Positions 17,606-31,900 of a DNA stretch of 64,000 nucleotides are shown one piece after another. The translations under genes and the position numbers were made by a program. Source of the DNA: Longimicrobiales bacterium (GTDB lineage: Bacteria > Gemmatimonadota > Gemmatimonadetes > Longimicrobiales > Gaopeijiaceae). Positions within the stretch are counted from its first letter, which is position 1. The number at the start of each line of letters is the position of its first letter. Location of the stretch: NCBI GenBank assembly GCA_965204735.1, contig OZ242008.1, forward strand, positions 672,001-736,000. The letters are read 5' to 3'. The notes beneath the pieces are model-generated. The model saw nothing but the letters and a program-made list of their open reading frames with translations, made no database searches and was not told where the DNA came from.

Positions 17606-18661
17606 ATGAGTTCGCGCGACGCGGCCGAGGCTCCGTTGACGGAGCGCGAGGCGAGAGTGCTGGAGGCGGTGGTCCGCACCTACGTGGAGACGGCGGAACC
17701 GACGGGAAGCCGCACCCTCTCCCGACGCTTCGACTTCGGCGTGTCTGCCGCCACGATCCGCAACACGATGGCCGACCTGGAGGACGACGGCTACCTGACT
17801 CACCCGCACACGTCCGCCGGGCGGGTCCCTACCGACCTGGGCTACCGCTTCTTCGTGGACCGGGTGGTCCAGCCCGACGCGCTGACCCCGGCCGAGAAGG
17901 ACCGGATCGAGCAAGAGCTGCGCGTCGGCGGCTCGGCGGTCGAGCAGGTGCTGCGCAACGCCGCTCGGGCCCTCGGCGTCCTCGTCAACGAGCTGGGAAT
18001 CGGCTCCGTTCCCCAGATGGACGACGCCCGGCTGGAGAAGATCGGCCTGATCCGGGTGTCGTCCAGCAAGGTGCTGATGGTCGTCACCGTGCAGAGCGGG
18101 ATGGTGCGGACGGTCTACGTGGACCTGCCGGGCCAAGCGCCGGCAGAGGTGCTGGCGGGGCTGGAGCGCGTGCTGAACGAGCGCTTGTGCGGCCTCACCT
18201 TCATGGAGATCCGCCGCTCCTTCGGCGAACGGCTCCGAGACGCCGTGGAGGACTCCGCGTCCCAGGAAGTGCTGAACATCTTCATCGAGTCGAGCGAGGA
18301 CTTCTTCGCGCCCGGACCCGGCAGTCGGGACCAAGTCGTGCTGGGGCAGACGTCGCCGATCGCGACCCAGCCGGAGTTCTCCACCGGCGAGCGTCTCAAG
18401 GACCTGATCGAGCTCACCGAGCGCAAGGAGCTGCTGGCCAAGGTGCTGGGCACCCGCGCCACCCGGGGAGGGCCCTGCGTCACCATCGGCGACGAGCACG
18501 GCCCGGAGCTGGCGGGCTTCACGCTGGTGACCTCCGGCTACCGGCTGGGGGGACTTCGCGGGGTCGTGGGCGTGATCGGTCCGACCCGGATGCCCTACCA
18601 GAAGGTGATCGCCATCGTGGACTACACGTCGACTCTGGTCACCCGAATGCTGGAGCCGTAG
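17606..18661 (+). CDS. hrcA: Heat-inducible transcription repressor HrcA
   Basis: YVETAEPTGSRTL, SAATIRNTMADLE, HPHTSAGRVPTDLGYRFFVD, GVIGPTRMPY. Confidence 0.96.
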   Translation: MSSRDAAEAPLTEREARVLEAVVRTYVETAEPTGSRTLSRRFDFGVSAATIRNTMADLEDDGYLTHPHTSAGRVPTDLGYRFFVDRVVQPDALTPAEKDRIEQELRVGGSAVEQVLRNAARALGVLVNELGIGSVPQMDDARLEKIGLIRVSSSKVLMVVTVQSGMVRTVYVDLPGQAPAEVLAGLERVLNERLCGLTFMEIRRSFGERLRDAVEDSASQEVLNIFIESSEDFFAPGPGSRDQVVLGQTSPIATQPEFSTGERLKDLIELTERKELLAKVLGTRATRGGPCVTIGDEHGPELAGFTLVTSGYRLGGLRGVVGVIGPTRMPYQKVIAIVDYTSTLVTRMLEP

Positions 18662-18716
18662 CCGGCCCGGCCGAAGCAGGCCCGCCGCGCGCGGGCCAGC
18701 GCCGAACCCGACGAGC

Positions 18717-19856
18717 ATGTCCGACTACTACGACCGCCTGGGCGTTCCCCGGGACGCGAACGGCGAGCAGATCAAGAAGGCGTACCGCAAGGTCGCCTTG
18801 AAGCACCACCCCGACCGGAACTCGGGCTCGAAAGACGCCGAGGCGCGCTTCAAGGAGGCGACGGAGGCGTACGAAGTCCTTCGCGACCCCGAGAAGCGAG
18901 CCCGCTACGACCGCTACGGCCCGGAGGGGCTGAGGGGGCGGGGCGGGTTCCAGGGCGGATTCGACTTCTCCGACGCGCTGAACGTCTTCATGCGGGACTT
19001 CGGCGGCTTCGGCGGACTGGAGGACCTCTTCGGCGGCGGTCGGCGTCCGCGGGAGCCGGCCCGGGGCAAGGCGCTGCGGATCACGATTCCGCTGACGCTG
19101 GCCGAAGTGCGCGCCGGCGCGACCAAGACGGTCAACGTGGCGGCGCTGGACGCGTGCACGGAGTGCCGCGGGACGGGCGCCCGGGGCGGGGCGCGGCCGC
19201 TCCGGTGCGCGGCGTGCGGCGGCGCGGGCCAAGTGCGACGGGCCGAACGCTCCGTCTTCGGCCAGTTCGTGAGCGTGGCGCCTTGCGGGCGCTGCCGCGG
19301 GGAAGGCTCCGTAGTGGCGGATCGGTGCGGGAGCTGCCACGGCGAGGGTCGGACGCGGGCGACCCGAAAGGTGCGGGTGCGCGTGCCGCCGGGGGTCTCG
19401 TCGGAGAACTACATCACGTTGCGGGGCGAGGGGAACGTGGGACCGCGGGGCGGGCCCCGGGGCGACATCGTGGCGCTGCTGGACGTGAAGGAAGACCCGC
19501 GCTTCGTGCGGGACGGCAACGACCTGATCACCGAGGTGCCCGTCACCTTCGCCCAGGCGGTCCTTGGGGCCCGCGTGACCGTCCCCACGGTGGAGGGGGA
19601 AGAGCAGGTCGACGTGCAGCCCGGCATGCAGAGCGGGACCGTGGTGCGCATCCGAGGCGAAGGGCTTCCCGACGTGAACGGCCGCGGCCGCGGGGACCTC
19701 TTGGCCCGGATGCTGGTGTGGGTGCCCGACCGCCTGACGCCCGAGCAGGAGCGGCTGATCCAAGAGCTGCGAGCCCTCGAGGACCCGCCGCCGGCCGCGG
19801 TGGACGCGGACGGCCGTCGCGGGTTCTGGGATCGCGTCAAGGACGCCCTGGGCTGA
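18717..19856 (+). CDS. dnaJ: Chaperone DnaJ
   Basis: J-domain with HPD, G/F region, four CxxCxGxG repeats, C-terminal domain. Confidence 0.97.
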   Translation: MSDYYDRLGVPRDANGEQIKKAYRKVALKHHPDRNSGSKDAEARFKEATEAYEVLRDPEKRARYDRYGPEGLRGRGGFQGGFDFSDALNVFMRDFGGFGGLEDLFGGGRRPREPARGKALRITIPLTLAEVRAGATKTVNVAALDACTECRGTGARGGARPLRCAACGGAGQVRRAERSVFGQFVSVAPCGRCRGEGSVVADRCGSCHGEGRTRATRKVRVRVPPGVSSENYITLRGEGNVGPRGGPRGDIVALLDVKEDPRFVRDGNDLITEVPVTFAQAVLGARVTVPTVEGEEQVDVQPGMQSGTVVRIRGEGLPDVNGRGRGDLLARMLVWVPDRLTPEQERLIQELRALEDPPPAAVDADGRRGFWDRVKDALG

Positions 19857-19923
19857 AGCCGCGGCGGGCGGCGGCGAGCCTTCGGCGGGGGGCGGCGCCT
19901 CGCGACCCGCCCGGCGGGGCGGC

Positions 19924-21330
19924 CTACCTGGTGTACAGCAGCAGCACGCCGTTGGCGGCTCTCTGGCCGTAGAGCACCGTGGCGTCCATGGGCGTGATGA
20001 ACTGGATCCGCCTCACGTCCAGGGGGTTGAGCTCGTACAGGAAGAACGCGGGGTTGGGCACCGGCGTGTCGTTGATCCGCACTTCGACCATGTTGCAGGT
20101 GTTGGCGGTGCCGCTGCTTCGGGCCCGAGTCAGCTGGACGCAGACGCCCATCTGCGGATTGCCGAAGGCGTCCGGCAGGAAGGTCTCGCTGACCAGGAGC
20201 CCCGGCATCTGCACCCGGCGGGCGAGAGCGGCGAAGTCCGTCACCCGGGGAGCGATCGAGTCCATCTGGGCTTCCGTGAACCCGGCGAATCTGATCCCGG
20301 TCGTGGTCGTGATCTCCGGGCCGCGTCTCCGGCCCGTCACGACCAGCGGCTCCATCACGATCGCCTCCGTGGCGAGATCGATCTCCAGCCCCAGCGCCTC
20401 GTTGCTGAACACGGTGAGGGAGTCGATGCGCGGGGCGTAGCCTATGAAGTCCGTCCGGATCACCTGTCGTCCGGGCGGCACGCCGACGAAGCCGAAGCTC
20501 CCGGCAGAGTCCGTGAGCGCGGTGAAGGGAGAGCCCAGCAGGCTGACCTGGGCGCCGGATATGGGGCGCTCGGTGTTCCACTCCAGCACGGTGCCCGTGA
20601 TCGTCACCGGTTCCGAGATCGGGATCGACACGTCCACGACCTGGGGACCCCGGCGCGCGATCTCGACGGGGAGCGTCTCGTTGCGGCCGAACGTCGCCAC
20701 GAGGCCGATCCCGCCGCCCGTCTCCAAGTTGCACAGTCGGTACTCGCCGCCGGCCCCGGTTCGGGACTCGGCGAGCACGTTCCTGATCCTGCGCGCGGTG
20801 GTCGGCGGCGCCAGCGCGGTCACGATCGCGCTGGGCAGGGGCACCCCGGTGAGGGCGTCGGTCACGGTGCCGCCGATCGACGTGCCGCCGGCGCCCGGCT
20901 GTCCCGAGCACCACGCCGCCAAGATCGTGGTTCGCGAGGGAACGGAAAGATAGACTTCGGCCACGGAGCGCTCCGAGACGACGATCCGCTGAACGGAGCC
21001 GTTGACGCCGAGCACCCCCAGTCGCGGATGGAAGAACGACACCACGTGCTCGCCGGCGGGCACGTCGTCGAGGCGGAAGCGTCCCTCGTCGTCGCTTTCC
21101 GTCACCGCGGACGTGCCCATGACCGCCACGCGGGCGCTGGCCAGCGGCGTGCTGGCAGTGCTGTCGAAGACGACGCCCACGACGACGCCGACGGCCTGCT
21201 GCTCGACTTCCTGCGCCGGGGCCGCCCCCGGGACCGCGACGGCCGCGGCGACGGAGAGGAGGAGCGCGGCCGACAGCGGGCGGGCTGCCGCGGCGGGTCG
21301 TTCGGGGCGGGCGTTCCGGGGTTCCGTCAT
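19924..21330 (-). CDS. Secreted protein with carboxypeptidase-regulatory-like beta-sandwich domains and a C-terminal TonB-plug-like domain
   Basis: Signal peptide; GVVFDSTASTPL, GTVTDALTGVPL and GTVLEWNTERPI repeats; end DVRRIQF...ATVLYGQRAANGVLLLYTR. Confidence 0.75.
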   Translation of the reverse strand: MTEPRNARPERPAAAARPLSAALLLSVAAAVAVPGAAPAQEVEQQAVGVVVGVVFDSTASTPLASARVAVMGTSAVTESDDEGRFRLDDVPAGEHVVSFFHPRLGVLGVNGSVQRIVVSERSVAEVYLSVPSRTTILAAWCSGQPGAGGTSIGGTVTDALTGVPLPSAIVTALAPPTTARRIRNVLAESRTGAGGEYRLCNLETGGGIGLVATFGRNETLPVEIARRGPQVVDVSIPISEPVTITGTVLEWNTERPISGAQVSLLGSPFTALTDSAGSFGFVGVPPGRQVIRTDFIGYAPRIDSLTVFSNEALGLEIDLATEAIVMEPLVVTGRRRGPEITTTTGIRFAGFTEAQMDSIAPRVTDFAALARRVQMPGLLVSETFLPDAFGNPQMGVCVQLTRARSSGTANTCNMVEVRINDTPVPNPAFFLYELNPLDVRRIQFITPMDATVLYGQRAANGVLLLYTR

Positions 21331-21382
21331 GAGGGCGCTCCACTGGGAGTCTGCTGGAGTGTACTACCCCTTCCAATATGGT

Positions 21383-21424
21383 ATTGTTCCCGCCGGACCA
21401 TGATCGTTCCCGCCGGACTATATT
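21383..21424 (+). promoter_or_regulatory. 20-bp tandem direct repeat overlapping a -10-like TATATT upstream of yebC-ruvCAB
   Basis: attgttcccgccggaccatg atcgttcccgccggactata; TATATT at 21419-21424. Confidence 0.45.
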
Positions 21425-21458
21425 CAGGGCGACGCCGGAGCGCTGCGTGGAGGATGCC

Positions 21459-22205
21459 GTGGCAGGACACAGCAAGTGGGCGCAGATCAAGCGGAAGAAG
21501 GCGGTCAACGACCAGAAGCGGGGCCAAGCCTTCACAAAGCTCATCCGCGAGCTCACGGTCGCGGCTCGCGACGGCGGCGGCGACCCCGGCTTCAACCCGC
21601 GCCTCCGGCTGGCCGTGGACACCGCCAAGGCCGCCAACATGCCCCAGGACAACATCGACCGGGCGATCAAGCGCGGCACGGGCGAGCTCGAGGGGGTCAG
21701 CTACGAGGAGGTCGTCTACGAGGGGTACGGCCCCGGAGGCGTGGCGCTGTACATCGAGGCGCTGACCGACAACCAGCGGCGCACCGTGGCGGCGGTTCGC
21801 CACATCCTGGACAAGAACGGGGGCAACTTGGGGACCGCCGGCTCCGTGGCGTGGCAGTTCGACAAGCGGGGAGTGATCTGCGTGGACGAGGAAGCGGCTC
21901 CCGAGGACGTGGTCTTCGAGGCGGCCGTGGAGGCCGGCGCCGAAGACGTGGCCAGGGAAGGCGGCGAGTACGTGGTCGTCACCGAGCCGGGCGCCCTCCA
22001 CGAAGTGCGCAGGGCCATGGACGCGGCCGGCGTGGCGGTGGCGTCGGCCCAGCTGGCGATGGTGGCGAAGAACGGCGTGGGCGTCGGCGGTCGCGACGGC
22101 GCGCGGCTCCTCAAGCTGCTCGAGGCGCTGGAGGACCACGAGGACGTGCAGCAGGTCCACTCCAACGCCGACTTGGACGACGCCCTTCTGGCGCGGAGCC
22201 TGTGA
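21459..22205 (+). CDS. yebC: YebC/PmpR family protein
   Basis: AGHSKWAQIKRKK, NPRLRLA, YEGYGPGG, TDNQRRT; GTG after ggagg. Confidence 0.96.
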   Translation: MAGHSKWAQIKRKKAVNDQKRGQAFTKLIRELTVAARDGGGDPGFNPRLRLAVDTAKAANMPQDNIDRAIKRGTGELEGVSYEEVVYEGYGPGGVALYIEALTDNQRRTVAAVRHILDKNGGNLGTAGSVAWQFDKRGVICVDEEAAPEDVVFEAAVEAGAEDVAREGGEYVVVTEPGALHEVRRAMDAAGVAVASAQLAMVAKNGVGVGGRDGARLLKLLEALEDHEDVQQVHSNADLDDALLARSL

Positions 22206-22732
22206 GGGGGCCGGAGCCCGACCCCCGCTGGGTGCTGCTGGGAGTGGACCCGGGCACGGCGGCGACGGGCTTCGGCGTCGTCCGGATGGACAGCCGACGC
22301 AAGGCGGAGCTTCTCCAGTGCGGGGTGGTGCGCACCTCTCCCAAGGCGTCGCTGGCCGTCCGCCTGCGGGAGATCCACGAGGCCTTGGGCGAGCTCCTGG
22401 ACCACTTCGCGCCCGTCGCCGTCTCCGTGGAGGAGGTCTTCCAGGGCAAGAACGTGCGCAGCGCCCTCACCCTGGGCCACGCCCGGGGCGTCGTCGTCCT
22501 CGCCGCGGCCCTGCGGGACGTGGAGGTGGTGGAGTACACGCCCCGGGAGATCAAGCGGGCCGTCGTGGGAACGGGCGCCGCAACCAAGGACCAGGTCGCC
22601 TGCATGGTGCAGCGCCACCTGCGCCTTCGCTCCGCCCCTCGGCCCAGCGACGCCGCCGACGGGGTGGCCGCCGCGCTCTGCCACGGCTTCAAGGGCGCCC
22701 TTCCGGGGTTGGCCGGCGTGCCTGGCCCGTGA
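22202..22732 (+). CDS. ruvC: Holliday junction resolvase RuvC
   Basis: LGVDPGTAATGFG, SVEEVF, LGHARG, EYTPREIKRAVVGTGAATKDQV, DAADG. Confidence 0.95.
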   Translation: MRGPEPDPRWVLLGVDPGTAATGFGVVRMDSRRKAELLQCGVVRTSPKASLAVRLREIHEALGELLDHFAPVAVSVEEVFQGKNVRSALTLGHARGVVVLAAALRDVEVVEYTPREIKRAVVGTGAATKDQVACMVQRHLRLRSAPRPSDAADGVAAALCHGFKGALPGLAGVPGP

Positions 22733-23328
22733 TCAGCCGCATCCGAGGAGAAGTGCTGGAGGCTCGCGAGGGTCGGATCGAAGTCCTGGTCTCCGGCGGC
22801 GTCGCCTACGAGGTCGAAGTGCCCCTGACCGTCTTCGATCGCCTGCCGGCGCCGGGCTCGGAGGTGGACCTGAAGACGGTCCTCGTGGTCCGCGAGGACG
22901 CCCACAGCCTCTTCGGCTTCCTCGACGACCACGAGCGCACCCTCTTCAACCGCCTCTGCACGACGCCCAAGGTCGGCGCGAAGGTGGCGCTGGCCATGAT
23001 GAGCGCCTACTCCACGGGACGGCTGGCCCGCATCCTTGCCGAGAAGGACGCGCGCGCCCTCACCCGGGTCGGCGGAGTGGGCAAGAAGATCGCCGAGCTG
23101 GCCGTCGTGCACCTGGCCGACAAGGTCCAGGACCTCGTGGACGCCGACGCCCGCAGCGGTCCCCGGTCCGCCCGCGAGCACGAGGCCGTCGCGGCTCTGG
23201 TCCGGTTGGGCTACTCCCGCGCCGACGCCGAGAAGTCGGTGCGGGACGCCACCGGCCCAGGCGGTCCCCGCACCACCGAGGAAGTGGTCCGCCAAGTCCT
23301 GGCGCAGCGCGCCCCGAGCGGGGGCTGA
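22729..23328 (+). CDS. ruvA: Holliday junction branch migration protein RuvA
   Basis: [39 protein letters not shown]. Confidence 0.93.
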   Translation: MISRIRGEVLEAREGRIEVLVSGGVAYEVEVPLTVFDRLPAPGSEVDLKTVLVVREDAHSLFGFLDDHERTLFNRLCTTPKVGAKVALAMMSAYSTGRLARILAEKDARALTRVGGVGKKIAELAVVHLADKVQDLVDADARSGPRSAREHEAVAALVRLGYSRADAEKSVRDATGPGGPRTTEEVVRQVLAQRAPSGG

Positions 23329-23335
23329 CGGCTCC

Positions 23336-26789
<3,454 letters not shown>

Positions 26790-26793
26790 TCCC

Positions 26794-27273
26794 TTGCTCC
26801 CAACCGTCCCCGCCGCGCCCGCCGTCCCGACCACCGCCTTCCCGGGCGTCCCGGCGGCGGCGGCGGGCACGTGGCCGTCCGCCGCGCCGCCCGCCGCGCC
26901 CCAGGGCGGAGGCGGCTTCAGCGTCGTCGCGATGCAGATACTCCTCTTCATCGCGATCTTCTACTTCATCCTGATTCGGCCCCAGCGGAAGGAGCGGCAG
27001 CGTCACCAGGCGATGCTCAAGAAGCTGGAGAAGGGCGACAAGGTGATGACCAACGGCGGCATCCTCGGCCAAGTCGTCCACGCCACCGAGCACGAGCTGA
27101 CCGTCCGCACGGCCGAGAGCACCCGCGTCGTGGTGGACCGCGGCCACGTCGCTCGCAAGATCGAGGAACCGGCGGAAGGCGACGCCCAGGCCGGGGGAGG
27201 CAAGGAAGCGAAGGGGACCGCCAGGGACCGCAGGAGGGCAGGCGGCGGGCGAGCCGGCCGGGGCCGCGGCTGA
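26794..27273 (+). CDS. yajC: Preprotein translocase subunit YajC (start uncertain; ATG alternative near 26932)
   Basis: IFYFILIRPQRKERQRHQAML, GDKVMTNGGILG; follows tgt. Confidence 0.9.
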   Translation: MLPTVPAAPAVPTTAFPGVPAAAAGTWPSAAPPAAPQGGGGFSVVAMQILLFIAIFYFILIRPQRKERQRHQAMLKKLEKGDKVMTNGGILGQVVHATEHELTVRTAESTRVVVDRGHVARKIEEPAEGDAQAGGGKEAKGTARDRRRAGGGRAGRGRG

Positions 27274-27306
27274 CGGTCCGGCGAGCAGGGTAGGGGCGCG
27301 CCTCCC

Positions 27307-27819
27307 ATGGCCGTTCGCCGCATCGAGTTGATGGGTTCCAGGGTCCTCCGGCAGGAAGCGGCCCCTGTCCAGGAGGTGGACGACGAGACGCGGCGCTTGG
27401 CTCGGGACTTGTTCGACACCATGTACGAAGCCGAGGGGGTCGGTCTCGCGGCGCCCCAGGTGGGAATCTCCAGACGCGTGCTCGTGGTCGACGTGCCCGC
27501 CGCGGAAAGCGCCGACGGAGCGCGCCAGGTCCACGCGCTCGTCAACCCGGTCGTGACGCGCTCCAGCGCCCGCACCGAGCGCGAATCCGAAGGCTGCTTG
27601 AGCATCCCCGGCATCGAAGAAGCGGTGACCCGGCCCGTCCGCGTGACCGTGAAGGCGCTCTCGCCCGACGGCGAGTCCGTCCGCATCGATGCCGACGGAC
27701 TGCTGGCCCGAGTCCTTCAGCACGAGATCGACCACTTGGACGGCGTGCTCTTCATCGACCGCCTCTCGCCCTTCAAGCGGAAGATCGTCCTCAAGAAGTG
27801 GCGCAAGGGGCGCGAGTGA
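27307..27819 (+). CDS. def: Peptide deformylase
   Basis: GVGLAAPQVG, EGCLSIP, QHEIDHLDG. Confidence 0.97.
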   Translation: MAVRRIELMGSRVLRQEAAPVQEVDDETRRLARDLFDTMYEAEGVGLAAPQVGISRRVLVVDVPAAESADGARQVHALVNPVVTRSSARTERESEGCLSIPGIEEAVTRPVRVTVKALSPDGESVRIDADGLLARVLQHEIDHLDGVLFIDRLSPFKRKIVLKKWRKGRE

Positions 27820-27832
27820 GCTCGATCCGTCG

Positions 27833-28774
27833 GTGAGAGTCCTCTTCTGGGGGACGCCCGCGTTCGCCCTTCCCTCGCTGGCCGCGCTGGAGCCCGCCGG
27901 CCATGCGGTCGCCGGCGTGGTCACCCGTCCCGACCGTCCCCGGGGCCGCGGACGCCGCGTCGGCCCGTCGCCCATTGCCGAGTTCGCCCGGGCGCGGGGC
28001 TGGCCCGTGCTCGCCCCCGAGTCGCCCCGAGACCAGCTCTTCCACGAGGCCGTCCGTCGCGCGCGCCCCGACGTCTCGGTGGTTGCGGCCTACGGTCGCC
28101 TCCTCTCGCGACGGCTCCTGGACCTGCCTGCGCTGGGTTCGATCAACGTCCACGCGTCGCTGCTGCCCGCGCTCCGAGGTGCCGCGCCGGCGAGGTGGGC
28201 GGTCGCCCGGGGCCACGAGGAGACCGGCGTGACGATCATGCGCATGGTGGAGGAGATGGACGCTGGTCCCGTGCTTGCGCAGGCGCGCACTCCCGTGGCT
28301 CCCGAGGACACCGGGTCCAGCGTGTCGGACCGCTTGGCGGAGATGGGGGCGCGACTGCTCGCGGCGACGTTGGGGGAGCTGGAGGCGGGCCGCGCGCAAG
28401 AGGTGGAGCAGGACCACGCCGCGGCCACGTACGCCCCGAAGGTGGACCGGACCTCCGCGCGGATCGACTGGAGCCGCGACGCTCGATCGGTGGCCAACCT
28501 GATCCGAGGAATGGACGAGTCGCCGGGCGCCTGGACCCTGCTTTCGGGCATGCCCGTGAAGGTGTTTCGGCCGTTGGCGCTCGACGAGGACCGGGGCGCG
28601 GCGTCGGCCGAGCCCGGACGCGTGCTGTCGGTCGGAAGCGGGCCGGGCCTGGTGGTGGCCACCGGCGCCGGCGCACTCGGCATCGGCGAGGTCCAGCCTC
28701 CGGGAAAGCGCCGCATGGCCTCGGCGGCGTGGGTTCGAGGCCGAGGAGCAGCTCCGGGAGACCGGTTCGAGTAG
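27833..28774 (+). CDS. fmt: Methionyl-tRNA formyltransferase
   Basis: VLFWGTPAFA, VVAAYGRLL, INVHASLLP, GVTIMRMVEEMDAG, ATYAPK. Confidence 0.96.
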   Translation: MRVLFWGTPAFALPSLAALEPAGHAVAGVVTRPDRPRGRGRRVGPSPIAEFARARGWPVLAPESPRDQLFHEAVRRARPDVSVVAAYGRLLSRRLLDLPALGSINVHASLLPALRGAAPARWAVARGHEETGVTIMRMVEEMDAGPVLAQARTPVAPEDTGSSVSDRLAEMGARLLAATLGELEAGRAQEVEQDHAAATYAPKVDRTSARIDWSRDARSVANLIRGMDESPGAWTLLSGMPVKVFRPLALDEDRGAASAEPGRVLSVGSGPGLVVATGAGALGIGEVQPPGKRRMASAAWVRGRGAAPGDRFE

Positions 28775-28793
28775 TCGGCGCGAGCCCGTTGAC

Positions 28794-28822
28794 TTGACGA
28801 AACGCCGGCACGGTCTCACGAT
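28794..28822 (+). promoter_or_regulatory. Putative sigma70 promoter for the LRR-peptidase gene
   Basis: TTGACG-N17-CACGAT; strong RBS aaggagg before ATG 28923. Confidence 0.55.
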
Positions 28823-28922
28823 GCTCGTTGCGCCCCCAGCAGCCATCGTTGCGCCCAACTGCAGGTCGGACGCGAACGAGCGTGCTGGGGCAGCAGTCCC
28901 GTTGCACAAGGAGGAAACCACG

Positions 28923-31900
28923 ATGAGAGAGCAGCGCTACTACTACTACCACCTGTGCGGGTTCGCCCGCGCGATCGTCCGGCGGTCCGGCTCTCTGGCG
29001 AGGGCTTCGCTGGTTCCGGGAGTGGCGGTCGCGATCGCTGCCTGCAACCCCGACGTGGCTCCGGAGCCGCCGCGCGCGGCCTTCGTGGAAATCACGCCGC
29101 GGCAGGCGTCGATCTCCGCCATCGGCGACGTCGCCGAGTTCAGGGCGGTCGTCCGCGATCAGTACGGCGCTCCGTTCGACGGTCCCGTAGTCTGGTCCGG
29201 AGACGCGGACGACGTCTTCACCATCGACGCCAGGGGCGTAGCGACCGGTGTCGGCTTCGGAGAGGGAACGGTGTGGGCCACGGTCGGCGCCGCAACTGCC
29301 TCCGCTGTCGTCCGGGTGGCCGGCGCGGCCGGGGGCGCGGACGGCCACGGCGGCGTCTGCGACCGGACGCCCCAGGTCCGGGACGCGATTCTGGCAGCTC
29401 TGGAAATGGCGGAGTGCGGGGCCGTGACCGACGAGCAGCTCGCGACGATCGCCTTCCTGGACGTGAGCGGCCCGCGGGTCCTCTCGTCTCGGTCCGTCGG
29501 CGCGTGCGATCGTCGCGAGAAGAAGCGGAACCCGACGCCCGAGGAGATCATCTGGATGGAGCACTACGAGTGCGACGGGTCTTCCGTGTTCGACGAGGCC
29601 GCGGCAATGAACGGATCCTTCGGCGCCTCCGGGACGGCGGATTCCGCTCAGCCCGGCCCTCTCGATCCCGTCGTGACGTTGAAGGCGAACGACTTTGCGG
29701 GTCTCTCCGGCTTGGCGCACCTCTTCCTGCACCGCAACCACCTGGTCGCCCTTCCCGAGGGCGTCTTCGACGGCTTGGACGCCCTCGAGCAGCTCTGGTT
29801 GTTCTACAACCGCATCACGGCCCTTCCCGAGGGCGTCTTCGACGGCTTGGCCAGCCTCCGCAGGCTGTACTTGCACGGCAACCGGCTCGTCGGCTTGCCG
29901 GACGGCGTCTTCGACGGGCTTTCAAGCCTGGAGCGGGTGTACTTGACCAGCAACAGGATCGCCGCGTTGCCCGAGGGAGCGTTCGACGACTTGGGCAACC
30001 TTAGGTGGCTCTACATGAGCGGCAACCGGATCGCCGAGATCCCCGAGGGCGCCTTCGACAACTTGGGCAGCCTCCAGCGGCTCTACATGGGCAACAATCG
30101 GATCACCGAGATCCCCGAGGGCGCCTTCGACAACTTGAGCAGCCTCCAGCGGCTGTTCGTGTACGGCAACGAGATCGAGGAAGTGCCTTCAGGCGCCTTC
30201 GACAACCTCGGCGAGCTCGAGTGGCTGTACCTGTACCTCAACGAGATCGAGACGCTTCCCGAAGGCGTGTTCGACAACTTGTCGAACTTGCTGGTCCTCG
30301 ATCTCGACGGGAACAAGATGACGTCGCTCGACGAAGGCGTGTTCGACAACGTCTCCGAGCTTCACACCCTGTGGATCAACCGCAACGACATCAGGTCGCT
30401 GAACGCGGACGTCTTCGACAATCTTGCTGGGCTCCGCCTCCTGTACATCAACAGCAATCGGCTGACGGTTCTTCCCGATGGTCTCTTCGAAGGCCTCGGC
30501 CGGCTTCGTACCCTCATCGCGGCGGACAACCCGGGAGCGCCGTTCCCCCTCGAGCTCGAGCTGCGGCGCACCGACAGCGAGGACCCCTTGGCGCGCGGCA
30601 CGGCGACGGTGTCGATTCGGGTGGCCGTGGGCGCTCCGTTCCCGATGGCGATTGGGATCGGCACCTCCGGCGCCTCCGCTTCGAGCGGATGGGTCAGGAT
30701 CGGGACCGGCGAGACGCAAAGCTCGTCGATCTACGCGACGACGCCGATCGGCTCGGGCTTCTCGGCGTCGTTGAGAACCGCCAACGTGCCCGAGGCGCCC
30801 GAGTGCACTCCCGCGGGCTGCATCGTCGGGTTCAAGATCGTGGCCGGCGACCCCCTCGTTCTCGCCAACCCGCGGCAGGTGGCCGTATCGACCCCCGTGG
30901 CCTACCTGAACCAGGCCGCCCAGAACCGCCAGGGCACGGTGCCCCTGATCGCGGGGCGTCGGGCGATCCTGCGGGTGTTCGGCATCAGCAACGACGTCAA
31001 CAACTTCACGCCTGCGGGCAAGGCGATGTTCTACCGAGACGGGGAGATGGTCCACTCCGTCGACCTGGACGCGCCGCCGAACGGCATCCCCACGGAGGTG
31101 GACGAAAGCCTGCTGACTCGCTCGTTCAACGCCATGGTTCCCGGCGAGGTCCTGATGCCGGGCACCGAGATGGTCGTCGAGCTCGACTCGGAAGGCGCGC
31201 TCCCGCTGGCGCCGGGCAGCATCGTGCGCGTCCCGGCAACGGGCGCCATGCCGCTGCAAGTGCTGGAAGTTCCGCCCCTGAACGTGACCGTTGTGCCCGT
31301 GCAGTACGCCTGGGAGCACAACGCCGTGTCAAACGACGGGGTCTTGGACGTCTCCGAGGACCTTGTGGAGAACCTGCCCGAGGCGATCCTGTACCCGACG
31401 CGCACCGTGCTGCCGGTCCGCGACTTGAGGCTGAAGCTCCGGGAGCCGTACTACACATGGGCCGACACCATGGAGTCGGCGGGCTTCACCTTGCTCGGCG
31501 AGGTGGAGCTGCTCCGCCACCTCGAAGCCGCGGGCACGGCCGAGTACTACCACGGCCTCTTCGCGTGGCCCCGCTACTCCACTTGGCAGTCCTGGGGGTT
31601 CGGGGGCGTCGCCGCCGACATTCCGTCGTTCAGCGCCCTGACGCTCTCGCACCGGGGCAACGGCTCGGTCTACTCGGGCCTTGCTTCGACCTTCGCCCAC
31701 GAGCTGGGGCACAACCTGGCCCTCCGCCACGCGCCCTGCGGCGGCGCCGGCGGACCGGATCCCAACTACCCCTACGAGGCGGCAGGCATCGGCGTCTGGG
31801 GATACGACTTCGGCATGACCGGCCAGCAGGGCACGCTCTTGGATCCAACGAGTTTCAAGGACCACATGTCGTACTGCGGCCCGGAGTGGGTGAGCGACTT

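Noticed and set aside
29679..30542. Diversity-generating retroelement acting on the LRR array
   Set aside because: No reverse transcriptase and no template/variable repeat pair differing only at adenines
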